From NCBI GenBank assembly GCA_963676395.1, contig OY781066.1, forward strand, positions 1,824,001 to 1,888,000: a DNA stretch of 64,000 nucleotides, in the 5' to 3' direction. Both the position numbers and the translations under genes were made by a program. How positions within the stretch are numbered: the first letter of the stretch is position 1; each line of letters begins with the position of its first letter. Positions 28,606 through 39,451 of this stretch are shown in pieces. The notes below the pieces were generated by a model, which saw nothing but the letters and a program-made list of their open reading frames with translations, was not told the DNA's origin and did not search any database. This DNA comes from a bacterium. GTDB taxonomy: Bacteria > Fidelibacterota > Fidelibacteria > Fidelibacterales > Fidelibacteraceae.

Positions 28606-29130
28606 ATGAAAGTACAAGCAACACCCAAGGTAAAGCTCATTATCGGGTTGATATATTCGCAGCAGAGCGATCTTCGTGCCTGTGAGGTGCATTTACAAAA
28701 AGTATTTGGTACCATTGAGAGCATTAGTCCCGAATATGATTTTGATATTACGGACTATTATGAGCCTGAAATGGGAAAGGATCTAAAACGTCGATTTATT
28801 TCCTTCGAGCATCTGATCGATGCTAATGAGATCGCCGAAGTAAAACGTTTGAGTAATATAATTGAGCTGGATTATGTCAAAGAGGCCGGTCGTAGCATTA
28901 ATCTTGATCCGGGATACCTTGATATGGATAAATTTGTGCTGGCTTCGGCTAAGTATGGTAGACAAAAAATATATCTCGATAAAGGGATTTATGCGGATCC
29001 AACGCTTTATTTTTACAAGAAAGCGTTTCATGCCTATGAGTGGAGCTTTCCGGATTTTTCAAAAGGTATTTATAACGATTATTTTATAAACATTCGCAGA
29101 TATTATAAACAACAGATCAAATCATTATGA
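28606..29130 (+). CDS. DUF4416-family protein
   Basis: TDYYEPEMG..L.R.F..F, R.INLDPGY, VLAS.K, W.FPD. Confidence 0.85.
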   Translation: MKVQATPKVKLIIGLIYSQQSDLRACEVHLQKVFGTIESISPEYDFDITDYYEPEMGKDLKRRFISFEHLIDANEIAEVKRLSNIIELDYVKEAGRSINLDPGYLDMDKFVLASAKYGRQKIYLDKGIYADPTLYFYKKAFHAYEWSFPDFSKGIYNDYFINIRRYYKQQIKSL

Positions 29131-29855
29131 TCATACTTTACATACTATTAGGTATTTTCTTATTTCTTTTGCTTTTGTTGGCAATGTTTCTTTTTGTACC
29201 CACAAAAATCTGTATGCAAGGTTCCTTTTGGGATGGAGAAATCAATGCTAAACTCGATGCTTATTGGATCAAGTACGTATTTGGCATGCGCATTCGACTT
29301 CTTGATATGGAAAAGCTGAAGATTATTGTTTGGTTTCTCGCTATTCCAATTCCTTTTTCTCTTCCTTTCAAGAATGCTAAAGCTCAGGACGATTTAAACA
29401 ATAAGGCTAAGATTAAGGAAGACGTAAAGGTTCAAGATAAGGTCGAAGAAGATGAGATGATCTCCATTGAAGAAGAAGAGTCTGAAAAAAAACCTGATGA
29501 TAAGAAAAGTTTGAGAGAAAAACTTGAAGATATTCTTCAAATTAAAGATACGCTGATTGCATTTATTCGCAAGAATTGGTCCGATATTAAGAAAATATTT
29601 GTGACCTACATCACATTTTCTATAGAACATTTAGACCTGAATCTTGGAATGGGAGATCCTGCGCAAACAGGAAAAATGGCGGGAAACCTTTATACTGCCT
29701 TGACTTTTATACCGGTTAAGCGTGTAAACCTTTCTTGGGATTTTACAAAAGCATGTTTTAATATTGATGCAAGCATAAAAATTATAATGAAGTTTTATGG
29801 AATTCTTCTTACATTACTAAAACTTTACAGATCTTACAAAAGGGAAGTAAAATGA
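29127..29855 (+). CDS. DUF2953/YtfI-like membrane protein
   Basis: N-terminal TM, GMGDPAQTG...G motif, directly upstream of a YtfJ-like gene. Confidence 0.7.
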   Translation: MIILYILLGIFLFLLLLLAMFLFVPTKICMQGSFWDGEINAKLDAYWIKYVFGMRIRLLDMEKLKIIVWFLAIPIPFSLPFKNAKAQDDLNNKAKIKEDVKVQDKVEEDEMISIEEEESEKKPDDKKSLREKLEDILQIKDTLIAFIRKNWSDIKKIFVTYITFSIEHLDLNLGMGDPAQTGKMAGNLYTALTFIPVKRVNLSWDFTKACFNIDASIKIIMKFYGILLTLLKLYRSYKREVK

Positions 29856-30199
29856 CATTTAACGATACTCTGGCCACCTTGTTAGACAAGGTGAAAACAC
29901 TAGCAAAAACCGAAACCGTTGTAGGCGATCCAATTGTCGTTAAGGATACAACATTGATCCCGATCTCTAAGGTCAGTGTTGGCTTTGCCACGGGTGGGGG
30001 AGAACATGCCGTGGAATCTCGTAAAAGCGGTGGTGATGCGGCCGGAGGGGGCATAACGATCACTCCCATGTGTGTTGTTGTAATTACAGAGGGAAAAGAT
30101 TCCAAATTGCTTTGGTTGGAAAAAGACGATAATTCATTTAATAAACTTTTGGATCTCGTCCCCGGTATTATGGATCGTATTGTCCCGCAAGAAAAGTAA
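29852..30199 (+). CDS. GerW/YtfJ-family protein
   Basis: TVVGDPI, LIPISKVSVGFATGGG, GGGITITP. Confidence 0.88.
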   Translation: MTFNDTLATLLDKVKTLAKTETVVGDPIVVKDTTLIPISKVSVGFATGGGEHAVESRKSGGDAAGGGITITPMCVVVITEGKDSKLLWLEKDDNSFNKLLDLVPGIMDRIVPQEK

Positions 30200-30209
30200 A
30201 GGGACGAAG

Positions 30210-30887
30210 ATGACATGCCTGCTTGAAGAATTTCCATTATTTGATGGTATCAGCACCTCGGTTTTAAATCAGATTTCGGAAAAGACTACCATAACAAAAG
30301 CTAAACTAAACACACTTATTATTCATGAAAATTCAATGAATGAGTATGTGTATTTTATCAAGAAAGGTGAAGTTTGCGTTTATCGTGAAGATAAAAACAA
30401 AGAAAAGATCGTACTGGCTATTTTGAGTGAAGGTGATTTCTTTGGTGAGATGTCCGTATTGGAAAACTACGAAGCATCTGCAAGTGTTATGACCACTCAG
30501 TCATGTGAATTTATAGCATTTCATGACAGATATTTCATCAGGATCATGAAACGATATCCAAAGATCGCTTCCAAATTATTCTCATATATGTCACAAAGGA
30601 TCCGCCATTGTGATGAAAGCATTAAAACATTAAGTAAATCGCAATGTGGGGATAGAATAGCCGCAGTCATTATTCATCTGGCAGAAAAAAGCGGTTACAG
30701 AAGAAAAGATTCAGTGATTATAAAACGATTACCATACAATTATAATATAGCCTCATTAGCCGGTACCACACGAGAGAGTGTTTGCCGGACTTTTAGCATT
30801 CTTGAAGAAAATGAATACATTACAAGGAATGGCAGAGAGCTGGTGATTAACGATTATCCAAGATTTTACGAAAAGTATTCAACATGA
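30210..30887 (+). CDS. Crp/Fnr-family transcriptional regulator
   Basis: PLF, GDFFGEMS cNMP-binding fold, HTH IASLAGTTRESVCR. Start inferred at internal Met. Confidence 0.9.
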   Translation: MTCLLEEFPLFDGISTSVLNQISEKTTITKAKLNTLIIHENSMNEYVYFIKKGEVCVYREDKNKEKIVLAILSEGDFFGEMSVLENYEASASVMTTQSCEFIAFHDRYFIRIMKRYPKIASKLFSYMSQRIRHCDESIKTLSKSQCGDRIAAVIIHLAEKSGYRRKDSVIIKRLPYNYNIASLAGTTRESVCRTFSILEENEYITRNGRELVINDYPRFYEKYST

Positions 30888-31819
30888 CAAATTTACCATA
30901 TGCCCGCAGAGGTTTTCACTATAATAATTATACATATTATCTGCAAGATCGCTTTGGTGGTCGTGTACAGCGTGTTGCCATCGAAGGCGGTTTTACCTGT
31001 CCCAATCGTGATGGCAGCAAGGGAATAGGCGGTTGCATTTATTGCAATTCGGCATCATTTTCTCCACCCTATTCAGATAGCAAATATTCTATCGCAAGGC
31101 AGCTGGAAGAAGGGACAAAATTTCTATCCGGTCGTTTTGGTGCCCAAAAATTTATTGCCTATTTTCAAAATCGGACCAATACCTATGCAGCATTGAAAAA
31201 ACTGGAATCCATGTATCGCGAAGCGCTGGAACATCCACAAGTGGTTGGACTTTCGGTATCGACTCGTCCCGATTGTGTAGATGATGATGTGCTTTCACTG
31301 TTAGCTGATATCAATAAAGACTATGATGTTAACTTGGAGCTTGGCTTGGAATCCCTAAAAGACGAATCTTTGCAATGGATGAATCGTTGTCACAGCATGG
31401 ATGACAGTCGCAAAGCACTGGCACTGGCTGAAAAGCACGGGCTGGATGTCACGGCTCACCTTATCCTAGGTCTTCCCACGGAAACCCGGGAAGAGATGTT
31501 TGAGCAGATCAATGAGATCAATGTGTTGCCGATCAAATTCTTAAAACTGCATCATTTGCAGGTGGTCGAGAACACCCGACTGGCCGAAGTCTACGCAAAA
31601 GAACCTTTTAAATTATTCGATTATCGTGAATATATTGAATTCGTTGCAGATTACATTTCTCGTTTACGCCCCGGATTAATTTTACAACGTGTGCTTTCAT
31701 CCTCTCCTGATGAATGCCTTGTTGCCCCCAAATGGCCACATACCACCACTGCTTTTATGATGGATTTGCAGAAGTATATGAGGGAGAGTGAATTGTTTCA
31801 AGGTGATAAGTACAATTAA
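30884..31819 (+). CDS. TIGR01212/YhcC-family radical SAM protein
   Basis: GFTCPNRDG..G.GGCIYC, AYFQ..TNTY, TRPDC, HLILGLP, KLHHL. Confidence 0.92.
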   Translation: MTNLPYARRGFHYNNYTYYLQDRFGGRVQRVAIEGGFTCPNRDGSKGIGGCIYCNSASFSPPYSDSKYSIARQLEEGTKFLSGRFGAQKFIAYFQNRTNTYAALKKLESMYREALEHPQVVGLSVSTRPDCVDDDVLSLLADINKDYDVNLELGLESLKDESLQWMNRCHSMDDSRKALALAEKHGLDVTAHLILGLPTETREEMFEQINEINVLPIKFLKLHHLQVVENTRLAEVYAKEPFKLFDYREYIEFVADYISRLRPGLILQRVLSSSPDECLVAPKWPHTTTAFMMDLQKYMRESELFQGDKYN

Positions 31820-32015
31820 ATCTTGAATTGGGTTTATAATTTATTTTTGACTTAAGTGTTTCTAGTCATAATACCAAGGCTACTCACAAGCAAAAGAGGT
31901 ATAACTTGCAAGAATTTGTGTATTTTATTGCGAGTTAAACTATCGCTTGTGATACTCTATCATAATTAATAAATTTTTCTGCTTAGTATTAATAAAAATG
32001 CACAAGGGATGAATT

Positions 32016-33956
32016 ATGGCAAAGAGTAGCGATTCAGGCTGTTTATTTGGATTTATCGCAATTGCTGTTGTTGTTTCAATAATAATTGAAAATATAGAGA
32101 TCTTTATTGGAATTGCAATCTTTGCTTTGATCATATTTCTTCTTGTCAGAAATGCTAAAAAGACCAAAAACCAATCTAAAACTAAAAATTATTCACAGAA
32201 AACATATACTAGTAAGAGCATTCCAAAATATACACAAAAACAAACTATTGACTATTCATCAAGCAGTAGTAGTGGTGTTCCACATTGGAGCCATACATAT
32301 ATATACTCATCAAGTGATTTAGACTATGCAAATTACCTACAAAAAGCATTTTATTATCGCTTTAAAAAGGAATTCCTCCGAGGGAATGTTCTAAATATTG
32401 AGGGCAACACAAATTACGCTTTTATTTTGTACTTCGATTTGCTTGAGGAATATCAATCACATAAGAATATTGTTTTACTTGAAAAGCAATTTGATATGCT
32501 TGGTGAATGTTGTCCCAAAACAAAGCAATACTACTTCCCAGTTTTATTGGAATTATTAAATGAAAAAAACGATGATTTTTCTAAAAGAAAAATTGAAGAA
32601 CTTAAGGCCCCTTCATATCAGGATAAACAAGGTCTAATTTATGATTACGAATCGTATTATAAACTTGGCTATAAGTATAAGTCTATTTTAGGCTTAAATA
32701 ATCAAGAGCAGCGATGGTTAAATAAATTTTATCTGCATAAAAATGTATTTACATCTATTGAGGGATGTTGCATAATGACTATAAAATTATATCTCATTGC
32801 ATTAAATATATTAAATAAACGCTTAAATGCTAATAATACTTCATTGTCAAAAGAAGTTGCATATTTTAAAGACAAAGTAGCTGAAGTAAAGGGGCGAAAT
32901 GACTATTATGGATATGAAGATAAAAAATACTTACAGGAACGGGCTGAATCCGAGATTTATTTGTCATTCTTTAAAAGATGTGAAAACTACGTAAGAGAAG
33001 CATACAATAGTAACAGGCGCGTTTCTACAGAATGTTCTTATCTTTTCAGTTATACAGATGAATTTGAAGAAAAAATCGGATCATTATTTGACAACATTCT
33101 ATTAACGGCAAAAAGTATTATTGAACCCCCAGATAAAAATACCCAGATAGAATTAAATGTTACTTTTGTGAATCGTTGGAAAAATAAGTTTGAAGAAATA
33201 ACAAGTACGTTTAATAGCAATAATATTATCAAATACGCTGAAGAAATTGAAGAATTAGAAGAAATGAATCACCGTAATCCGAACATTGAAAATATAATGT
33301 TTGAATCGTCAAAATTTATTGCAAAATATGATAAAGTACTTTCTCTTCAATATTACGCAAAATACATCCACTATGACTTGCACTCAAAAAAAATTGATAA
33401 CAAACCCCTAAATAAAACTGTTCAAAAATCCTTATTTTCTAATCAAAAGCAAGTAGAAAAATTTGAAGACATTATTAATAGATTAATTAATGGTGCAAAT
33501 ATTGCTGTAATAATTGAGGAATTATCAAAATTCTATATTCGTGAAAGAAAGAAGATCAAACTGGATGATGATAAAGTAAAAGAAGCTAAATTAAAGCATA
33601 AAGATACCGTTAATATTTTAAATGAGTTTTTAGAAGATGCTGATGAAACGGAGGAAGGTGATGAAATCCAAATTAATATTCAAAGAGATGCAGTAACGGA
33701 TTCAATTTATAAACCCGAAATATATTTATCCTCTTTTGAAGAAATAATTATTGATCAAATTAAAGATAATTCATTTGTTATATCTCAAAACGAAATCGAA
33801 AAAATTGCAATTGAACAAGGAATGTTTAAAAACCAATTAATTGATAATATCAATGATAAATGTAATGAAATGCTTAATGGTGAAATGTTAATTGAAGAAG
33901 ATGAAGATAACTATGTTATTGAAGAATCGTATTACCTGGAATTATTAAAAGATTAA
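32016..33956 (+). CDS. Membrane-anchored TerB-N/TerB-C-like protein (Shango SngA-like)
   Basis: N-terminal TM hairpin, Tyr/Phe-rich TerB-N-like block, acidic C-terminal LIDNIND...LIEE; precedes an ATPase and a helicase. Confidence 0.65.
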   Translation: MAKSSDSGCLFGFIAIAVVVSIIIENIEIFIGIAIFALIIFLLVRNAKKTKNQSKTKNYSQKTYTSKSIPKYTQKQTIDYSSSSSSGVPHWSHTYIYSSSDLDYANYLQKAFYYRFKKEFLRGNVLNIEGNTNYAFILYFDLLEEYQSHKNIVLLEKQFDMLGECCPKTKQYYFPVLLELLNEKNDDFSKRKIEELKAPSYQDKQGLIYDYESYYKLGYKYKSILGLNNQEQRWLNKFYLHKNVFTSIEGCCIMTIKLYLIALNILNKRLNANNTSLSKEVAYFKDKVAEVKGRNDYYGYEDKKYLQERAESEIYLSFFKRCENYVREAYNSNRRVSTECSYLFSYTDEFEEKIGSLFDNILLTAKSIIEPPDKNTQIELNVTFVNRWKNKFEEITSTFNSNNIIKYAEEIEELEEMNHRNPNIENIMFESSKFIAKYDKVLSLQYYAKYIHYDLHSKKIDNKPLNKTVQKSLFSNQKQVEKFEDIINRLINGANIAVIIEELSKFYIRERKKIKLDDDKVKEAKLKHKDTVNILNEFLEDADETEEGDEIQINIQRDAVTDSIYKPEIYLSSFEEIIIDQIKDNSFVISQNEIEKIAIEQGMFKNQLIDNINDKCNEMLNGEMLIEEDEDNYVIEESYYLELLKD

Positions 33957-33966
33957 TAGGAAAAAA

Positions 33967-35274
33967 ATGGAAGTAAAAATTAAATCAAAAGAAGCAACTG
34001 CAATTATCAACTCCTTATCAAGTGGAGTAGTGCCAAATATTGGAATTCAGCATATTACAGTTGGCAGGAAGTTAGAAACAGAAGCGATTACAAATATTCT
34101 TAGGGATGTAGGAGAGGGACACAGTATAATGAAATTCTGGATAGGTGATTACGGTTCGGGTAAATCATTTATGCTTCATCTACTAAACACTATAGCTTTA
34201 AAACACAAGTTTGTTGTTACAAAAGCTGATTTTACACCTGATGTTAGACTATATTCTAATGATGGTAAAGCTGTTGCACTATACAGATCAATAATGGATA
34301 ATATTTCAATACAGACAAAACCTGAAGGTGGAGCTCTTTCTACCTTACTAGATAAATGGATCGAAAGCATTGTACTTAAAACAGCACAATCAAATAATAT
34401 TCCAATTACTGAAATTCGTGATGAAAAGTATTCTACATTAATTCAAGATAATATAATGTTTACCGTTAATGAGGTAACAACAACTGGGAGCTTCGATTTC
34501 GGTATTGTAATTAATAAGTATTATGAAGGTTTTATTAACAATGACGATCTATTAAAAAGAAGTGCTCTTAAATGGTTAAAGGGAGAATATAGAACTCGAA
34601 CAGAAGCAAGACAAGACTTGGGAGTAAGAGAAATTATCAACGATTGGAATTTTTATGATATGCTGAAAAATTTTTGCAGCTTATTCGTAAGTATTGGTTA
34701 TTCTGGATTTATTATTAATCTTGATGAGGCAGTTAATTTATACAAGTTATCTCAATCTACAACCAGGGCTAAAAACTACGAAAAACTTTTATCCATTTAT
34801 AATGATTGTTATCAAGGTAGAATATCTAATATGTTTATCAATATAGCTGGCACAAGAGAGTTTTTAGAAAATGAAAGAAAGGGTTTATTCAGCTATGATG
34901 CTTTAAAAACACGTTTAGCCTCAAATAAATATGAAACACTTGAAATTAGAGATTTTACTCAGCCGGTATTAAAACTTTTACCATTAAATCACAATGAAAT
35001 ATTTGTGCTACTTGAAAAACTCAGGAAGATTTTTAATTTAAATTATAACATTTCAATTGATATCACAGATGAAGATATTCGTTTATTTATGGAAGAAATG
35101 TTTAATAAACCCGGTGCAGATGAGTTTTTAACTCCTCGTGAAGTAATTAGGGAATTTCTAAATATACTTAGTATTCTGAGACAAAATCCAAATGTAGATA
35201 AATCCGATTTGATTTCCCAAATTGAGATTGAAGATGAAAGACCAGATTATAACGAAATAATTGAAGAAATATGA
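33967..35274 (+). CDS. DUF2791/BrxD-like P-loop ATPase (Shango SngB-like)
   Basis: SL.SGVVP..G...I.VGR, GDYGSGKS, ALKWLKGE, LDEAVNL, TPREVIREF. Confidence 0.85.
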   Translation: MEVKIKSKEATAIINSLSSGVVPNIGIQHITVGRKLETEAITNILRDVGEGHSIMKFWIGDYGSGKSFMLHLLNTIALKHKFVVTKADFTPDVRLYSNDGKAVALYRSIMDNISIQTKPEGGALSTLLDKWIESIVLKTAQSNNIPITEIRDEKYSTLIQDNIMFTVNEVTTTGSFDFGIVINKYYEGFINNDDLLKRSALKWLKGEYRTRTEARQDLGVREIINDWNFYDMLKNFCSLFVSIGYSGFIINLDEAVNLYKLSQSTTRAKNYEKLLSIYNDCYQGRISNMFINIAGTREFLENERKGLFSYDALKTRLASNKYETLEIRDFTQPVLKLLPLNHNEIFVLLEKLRKIFNLNYNISIDITDEDIRLFMEEMFNKPGADEFLTPREVIREFLNILSILRQNPNVDKSDLISQIEIEDERPDYNEIIEEI

Positions 35275-37409
35275 TAGCATATAAATTATTATCAGAACCG
35301 ATAAGAAAATATATTCGCGATAAGAATTGGACTGAACTAAGGCCAATACAAAATGCTGCTATCCAAAAGATTATAAATACTGATAATAATATTATACTTG
35401 CATCGAAAACTGCTTCAGGAAAGACTGAAGCAGCATTTTTACCCATATTATCAAAGACTAATTTTAATGAAATTGGAGTAAAAGTATTATATATATCACC
35501 ACTTATCGCTTTAATTAATGATCAATTTGAGCGTATTGAGCACCTGTGCGATAATATTGCTATTAAGGTTACAAAATGGCATGGCGAGGCAAATAGAACA
35601 CTTAAAAAAGAATTAATAAATGATCCTTCTGGGATTGTATTAATTACTCCAGAATCTCTTGAAGCAATGTTCACTAATGCTCCATATAACATTAAAAATT
35701 TATTTAAAAATTTGAATTATATTATTGTAGACGAAATTCATTCATTTATTGGTACCGATAGGGGTATACAGCTCATGTCCATTATTTCTCGAATTCAACA
35801 AATAAATGAAAAACGTATTATAAAAATAGGTTTATCCGCAACAATTGGTGAGCAAAATTTTGATGAAGTTAAGAAGATTACGGGAGAAATTGAAAAGACC
35901 AAGATTTTATTGGATAGAACAAAGAAAGAGACAGTAATTAATATTAAATATTATAAAGGTACTACAAAAGAATTACCAATAGACTTGATTAAAAATCTCT
36001 ATGAGGAGACTTTAGATAGCAAGGCTTTAATTTTTCCTAATAGCAGAGGAAGAACCGAGGAAATAGCTGTTAAGCTAAAGAAAATATCCAATCTTCACAA
36101 TGGACAAAATTACTATTTTTCACATCATTCTTCGATAGATAAAGAAATCCGAGAAAGTGTAGAAAGTTTCGCTAAAAACAACAGAAGATATAATTTTTCT
36201 ATAGTGTGTACTTCAACTTTGGAACTCGGCATTGATATTGGAATGGTTGATAAGATTATTCAAATAGATTCAACACATTCTGTTTCTTCTCTAGTTCAGA
36301 GGATAGGACGTAGCGGTAGAAAAGAGGGAGATAAGTCTCATGTTGTAATTTATACTACAAGTAATTGGAGTTTGCTTCAGTCATTAGCAACATGGTTATT
36401 ATATGAAGAGAATTATTTAGAGCCTTTAGAGATTTCTAAACATCCATATGATATATTGTTTCATCAAATACTTTCGATAGTAAAAGGGTCTTCGGGATGT
36501 AGAAGGAAACAATTAATAGAAAAAATTCAATCTAATGTTGCCTTTAAAGAAATTTCTATAAATGATATTAATCAGATCATTGATGATGCAATAGAAAAAG
36601 ACATTTTAGAATTAATACAACATGAATTAATCATTGGGGTTGATGGAGAGAAAATTGTAAATAGCAAAGAATTTTATAGTGTTTTTAAGACTGAACAAAA
36701 CATGAAAGTTTATCATTTTGGGAGGAAAATTGGCGATATACCGTTCTCACCTCAAATACAGATAAATGAAAATCTTTTATTAGCCGCAAAGATTTGGAAA
36801 ATAAAAGCAGTTGATATTAATAATAATAAGATCGATGTGATTTCAGCTAAAGATGGTAAAAATCCAATATTTTTTGGTCGCGGGGGTGATGTTGATCAAA
36901 AAATAAGAGAGAAGATGTTAAGAATAATCAAATCCAATGATTTTTATAAAGAATTAGAGCCTAATGCTAGTCAAGCGTTAAGCGATCTTAGATTTTTGTT
37001 TGAGAATTTTAAAATCAATGATTTTCTGATTGAACGTCCATGTGTGATATTAACTAATAAAATTGTGCTATATACATTTACCGGTACAAGAGTTAACCGA
37101 AGTTTATATTTTTTAATAAAAGCCTCAGGCATTGATGCTATAGTTAATGATCGAGAAAGCACAATAGAAATTGGTATAAATTTTAATGAATTTGACGTGT
37201 TGAAGTCTAAAATTATCAATGCCAGTAACAATATTGATTCAATCTTGAAAATGAAACTTGAAGAAAATGATAAATATCTATTTTTTTCAAAATGGGGGGA
37301 GTATTTATCTGATAAATTTAAAATTAAAATATTAAAAGAGCGATATTTTGATTTTGATGGAGCTATCGGTTTTATTAATAGAATAGCTCCAATTGGAGTT
37401 CAAAGTTGA
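35271..37409 (+). CDS. Lhr-like DEAD/DEAH helicase (Shango SngC-like)
   Basis: LRPIQ, TASGKTEAAF, SPLIALINDQ, DEIH, SAT, TSTLELGIDIG, QRIGRSGR. Confidence 0.9.
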   Translation: MIAYKLLSEPIRKYIRDKNWTELRPIQNAAIQKIINTDNNIILASKTASGKTEAAFLPILSKTNFNEIGVKVLYISPLIALINDQFERIEHLCDNIAIKVTKWHGEANRTLKKELINDPSGIVLITPESLEAMFTNAPYNIKNLFKNLNYIIVDEIHSFIGTDRGIQLMSIISRIQQINEKRIIKIGLSATIGEQNFDEVKKITGEIEKTKILLDRTKKETVINIKYYKGTTKELPIDLIKNLYEETLDSKALIFPNSRGRTEEIAVKLKKISNLHNGQNYYFSHHSSIDKEIRESVESFAKNNRRYNFSIVCTSTLELGIDIGMVDKIIQIDSTHSVSSLVQRIGRSGRKEGDKSHVVIYTTSNWSLLQSLATWLLYEENYLEPLEISKHPYDILFHQILSIVKGSSGCRRKQLIEKIQSNVAFKEISINDINQIIDDAIEKDILELIQHELIIGVDGEKIVNSKEFYSVFKTEQNMKVYHFGRKIGDIPFSPQIQINENLLLAAKIWKIKAVDINNNKIDVISAKDGKNPIFFGRGGDVDQKIREKMLRIIKSNDFYKELEPNASQALSDLRFLFENFKINDFLIERPCVILTNKIVLYTFTGTRVNRSLYFLIKASGIDAIVNDRESTIEIGINFNEFDVLKSKIINASNNIDSILKMKLEENDKYLFFSKWGEYLSDKFKIKILKERYFDFDGAIGFINRIAPIGVQS

Positions 37410-37453
37410 ATCTGAGATATTTGAGAATATGAATGAATAATCATAATTAAGAA

Positions 37454-38407
37454 ATGTCATCTTTAAATCTAAAAATTCCACTTGCCCTAAAAAACGGCAA
37501 AACGATCCATATTAGCGAGGTAGAACAATCAGGTCTGGCTTGTGGCTGTCGATGTCCGGCATGTAATGAATTATTAGAAGCAAGAAGACATACTAAAGAT
37601 CCTAGTGAATATAAATTTAAACACACAGATTATTTTGCCCATAGTAAAAGAAGTAAGTGTGAGTATGGGGCCGAAAGCGCATTGCACTATTTAGCTAAAG
37701 AAGTTATTGAAAAAGAAAAAAGAATTACTCTTCCGGTAAAGAAGCATAGCTATCCTCATTTTCACAATGAAGTAATTATACCTGAAATTTCACTTGAAGT
37801 TGATAAAGTAACACTAGAGCCTGTAATTGATAATATACGGCCTGATGTATTGATTGAATCAAGAGGTCAAAAATTAATGCTTGAAATTGGTGTTACCCAC
37901 TTTATTGACAAAGAAAAAAAGGAAAAGATTGAAAAGATCGGAATATCAACTATAGAAATAGATCTAAAAAGATATGATATGTTCGAAGTTGATAGAGAAA
38001 AACTAAAAAGTATCATAATTGATGATACAAAAGAAAAGAAATGGATATTTAATACAAAGTTTAAACAGTTAGTAGAAAAGAGAAGAAATGAACTAAAAGA
38101 TCAAATTGCTGCAAAGGACAAAGAAGACAGAGAACGATCATTAAAAGTCGTAGAATTGGAAAAATTTTACTGTAATTATAAACTTCCAATAGAGAAAAGA
38201 TCATCAAAAGGGGCCTGGAATGGAAAACTCGATCTCTGGCAGGTTAGCCCCTGCCCAATGGAAAAAAGGTATTATGGTGGTAGATATTATGCAAATATTC
38301 ACGTTGACTGTTATAATTGTAGGGTTAATGGAAAGAAAGCTTTTAAGGGTTTTCGAGATGATAAAACAACAATTGTATGTCTAGCTGAATATTACTTGAG
38401 GAAATAA
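37454..38407 (+). CDS. CoiA-like Zn-ribbon plus PD-(D/E)XK nuclease
   Basis: CGCRCPAC, YFAH, ESALH..AK, IRPDVL, LEIGVTH, Cys-rich tail. Confidence 0.7.
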   Translation: MSSLNLKIPLALKNGKTIHISEVEQSGLACGCRCPACNELLEARRHTKDPSEYKFKHTDYFAHSKRSKCEYGAESALHYLAKEVIEKEKRITLPVKKHSYPHFHNEVIIPEISLEVDKVTLEPVIDNIRPDVLIESRGQKLMLEIGVTHFIDKEKKEKIEKIGISTIEIDLKRYDMFEVDREKLKSIIIDDTKEKKWIFNTKFKQLVEKRRNELKDQIAAKDKEDRERSLKVVELEKFYCNYKLPIEKRSSKGAWNGKLDLWQVSPCPMEKRYYGGRYYANIHVDCYNCRVNGKKAFKGFRDDKTTIVCLAEYYLRK

Positions 38408-38411
38408 TTAT

Positions 38412-38939
38412 ATGATAAATATTATAAGAGGTAATTATATGTCGTATTTAGTAGCTGCTGCTGTTTTACTAATAATCGTCGGAATTTTTACTTTAGATCT
38501 TATCAAAATTGGTATAGGTATTGTCGTAATTGTAATTGTATTCAGTGTTTTTAGGTTAAAAAATAGGAGAGCAACTAAGGATCCAATTTTATTTGAGCTA
38601 CTTGTCTCAATAACAAATTTAACTCAGGAAATTGATAAAGAACTTTACAAAAAAGAAATCAACCTTTATTCTGATAGAAAATATAATTTGATATTAAGCC
38701 TATTCTATATTGGATTTGTTAAAGAAGCAGCAGACATAAAACAATTACCTTATGATAAGTATAAAGATTTATTTTATTCATCATTTAATAGCATTACATA
38801 CAATTATAAGAAAAATGAAATTGAATCTCTTTTCCTCATAGGTGTAAATATAAAATCATATCCTATTTCATCAAAGATTGTAAATGAAGGCGCAAGAATT
38901 TTCAGAAAAAGAATTACTAATAATGGAGATTACCTTTGA
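38412..38939 (+). CDS. Hypothetical membrane protein, possibly frameshifted at the 3' end
   Basis: Two N-terminal TM segments; coding-like sequence continues in another frame to 39030. Confidence 0.55.
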   Translation: MINIIRGNYMSYLVAAAVLLIIVGIFTLDLIKIGIGIVVIVIVFSVFRLKNRRATKDPILFELLVSITNLTQEIDKELYKKEINLYSDRKYNLILSLFYIGFVKEAADIKQLPYDKYKDLFYSSFNSITYNYKKNEIESLFLIGVNIKSYPISSKIVNEGARIFRKRITNNGDYL

Positions 38940-39451
38940 AGATGAAAAAGTATCAAAGGCAATAAATGATATTTTTGATGAATTTACTCTTTGTGATAAT
39001 AATCAGGAAGAACCTGATACAAAAAAATAACTATCTAAAAATTCAATTTAATATGGGAGCAGAATTTGAAAATAGTATTGAATTTGATATTTCCCTAACA
39101 ATCGGACAGTTTAAAATGTAGTTAATTCATCTTTTGCGCCCCAAAAATCGCATCATTACAGCGTAATACCCCTAAAAACACAAACTTCCGCATACCAGCC
39201 ACATATCAGTACACACAAACCGTAAAACTCTCATGGTTGAAGGCTCTGCACTGTACTCTTAATCCAGTGGGGATTATGCAAGGCTTTCAAAAAAAAAATC
39301 AGATTGAGCATTATATTTAGCCCTGCAATGCTTGGAAATCTATAGATTACAAGAAACCCCGGGATAAACCCGAGGTTACAATTATGTGACTTCTGATTGG
39401 AGTCTTTTTTATTTTTGCGAGACACGTTTCCCGATATCTCATGTTTTATAA

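Noticed and set aside
39100..39127. Weak dif-like sequence at the right edge of the Shango-like island
   Set aside because: The XerD arm is a poor match and there is no partner site at the left edge.
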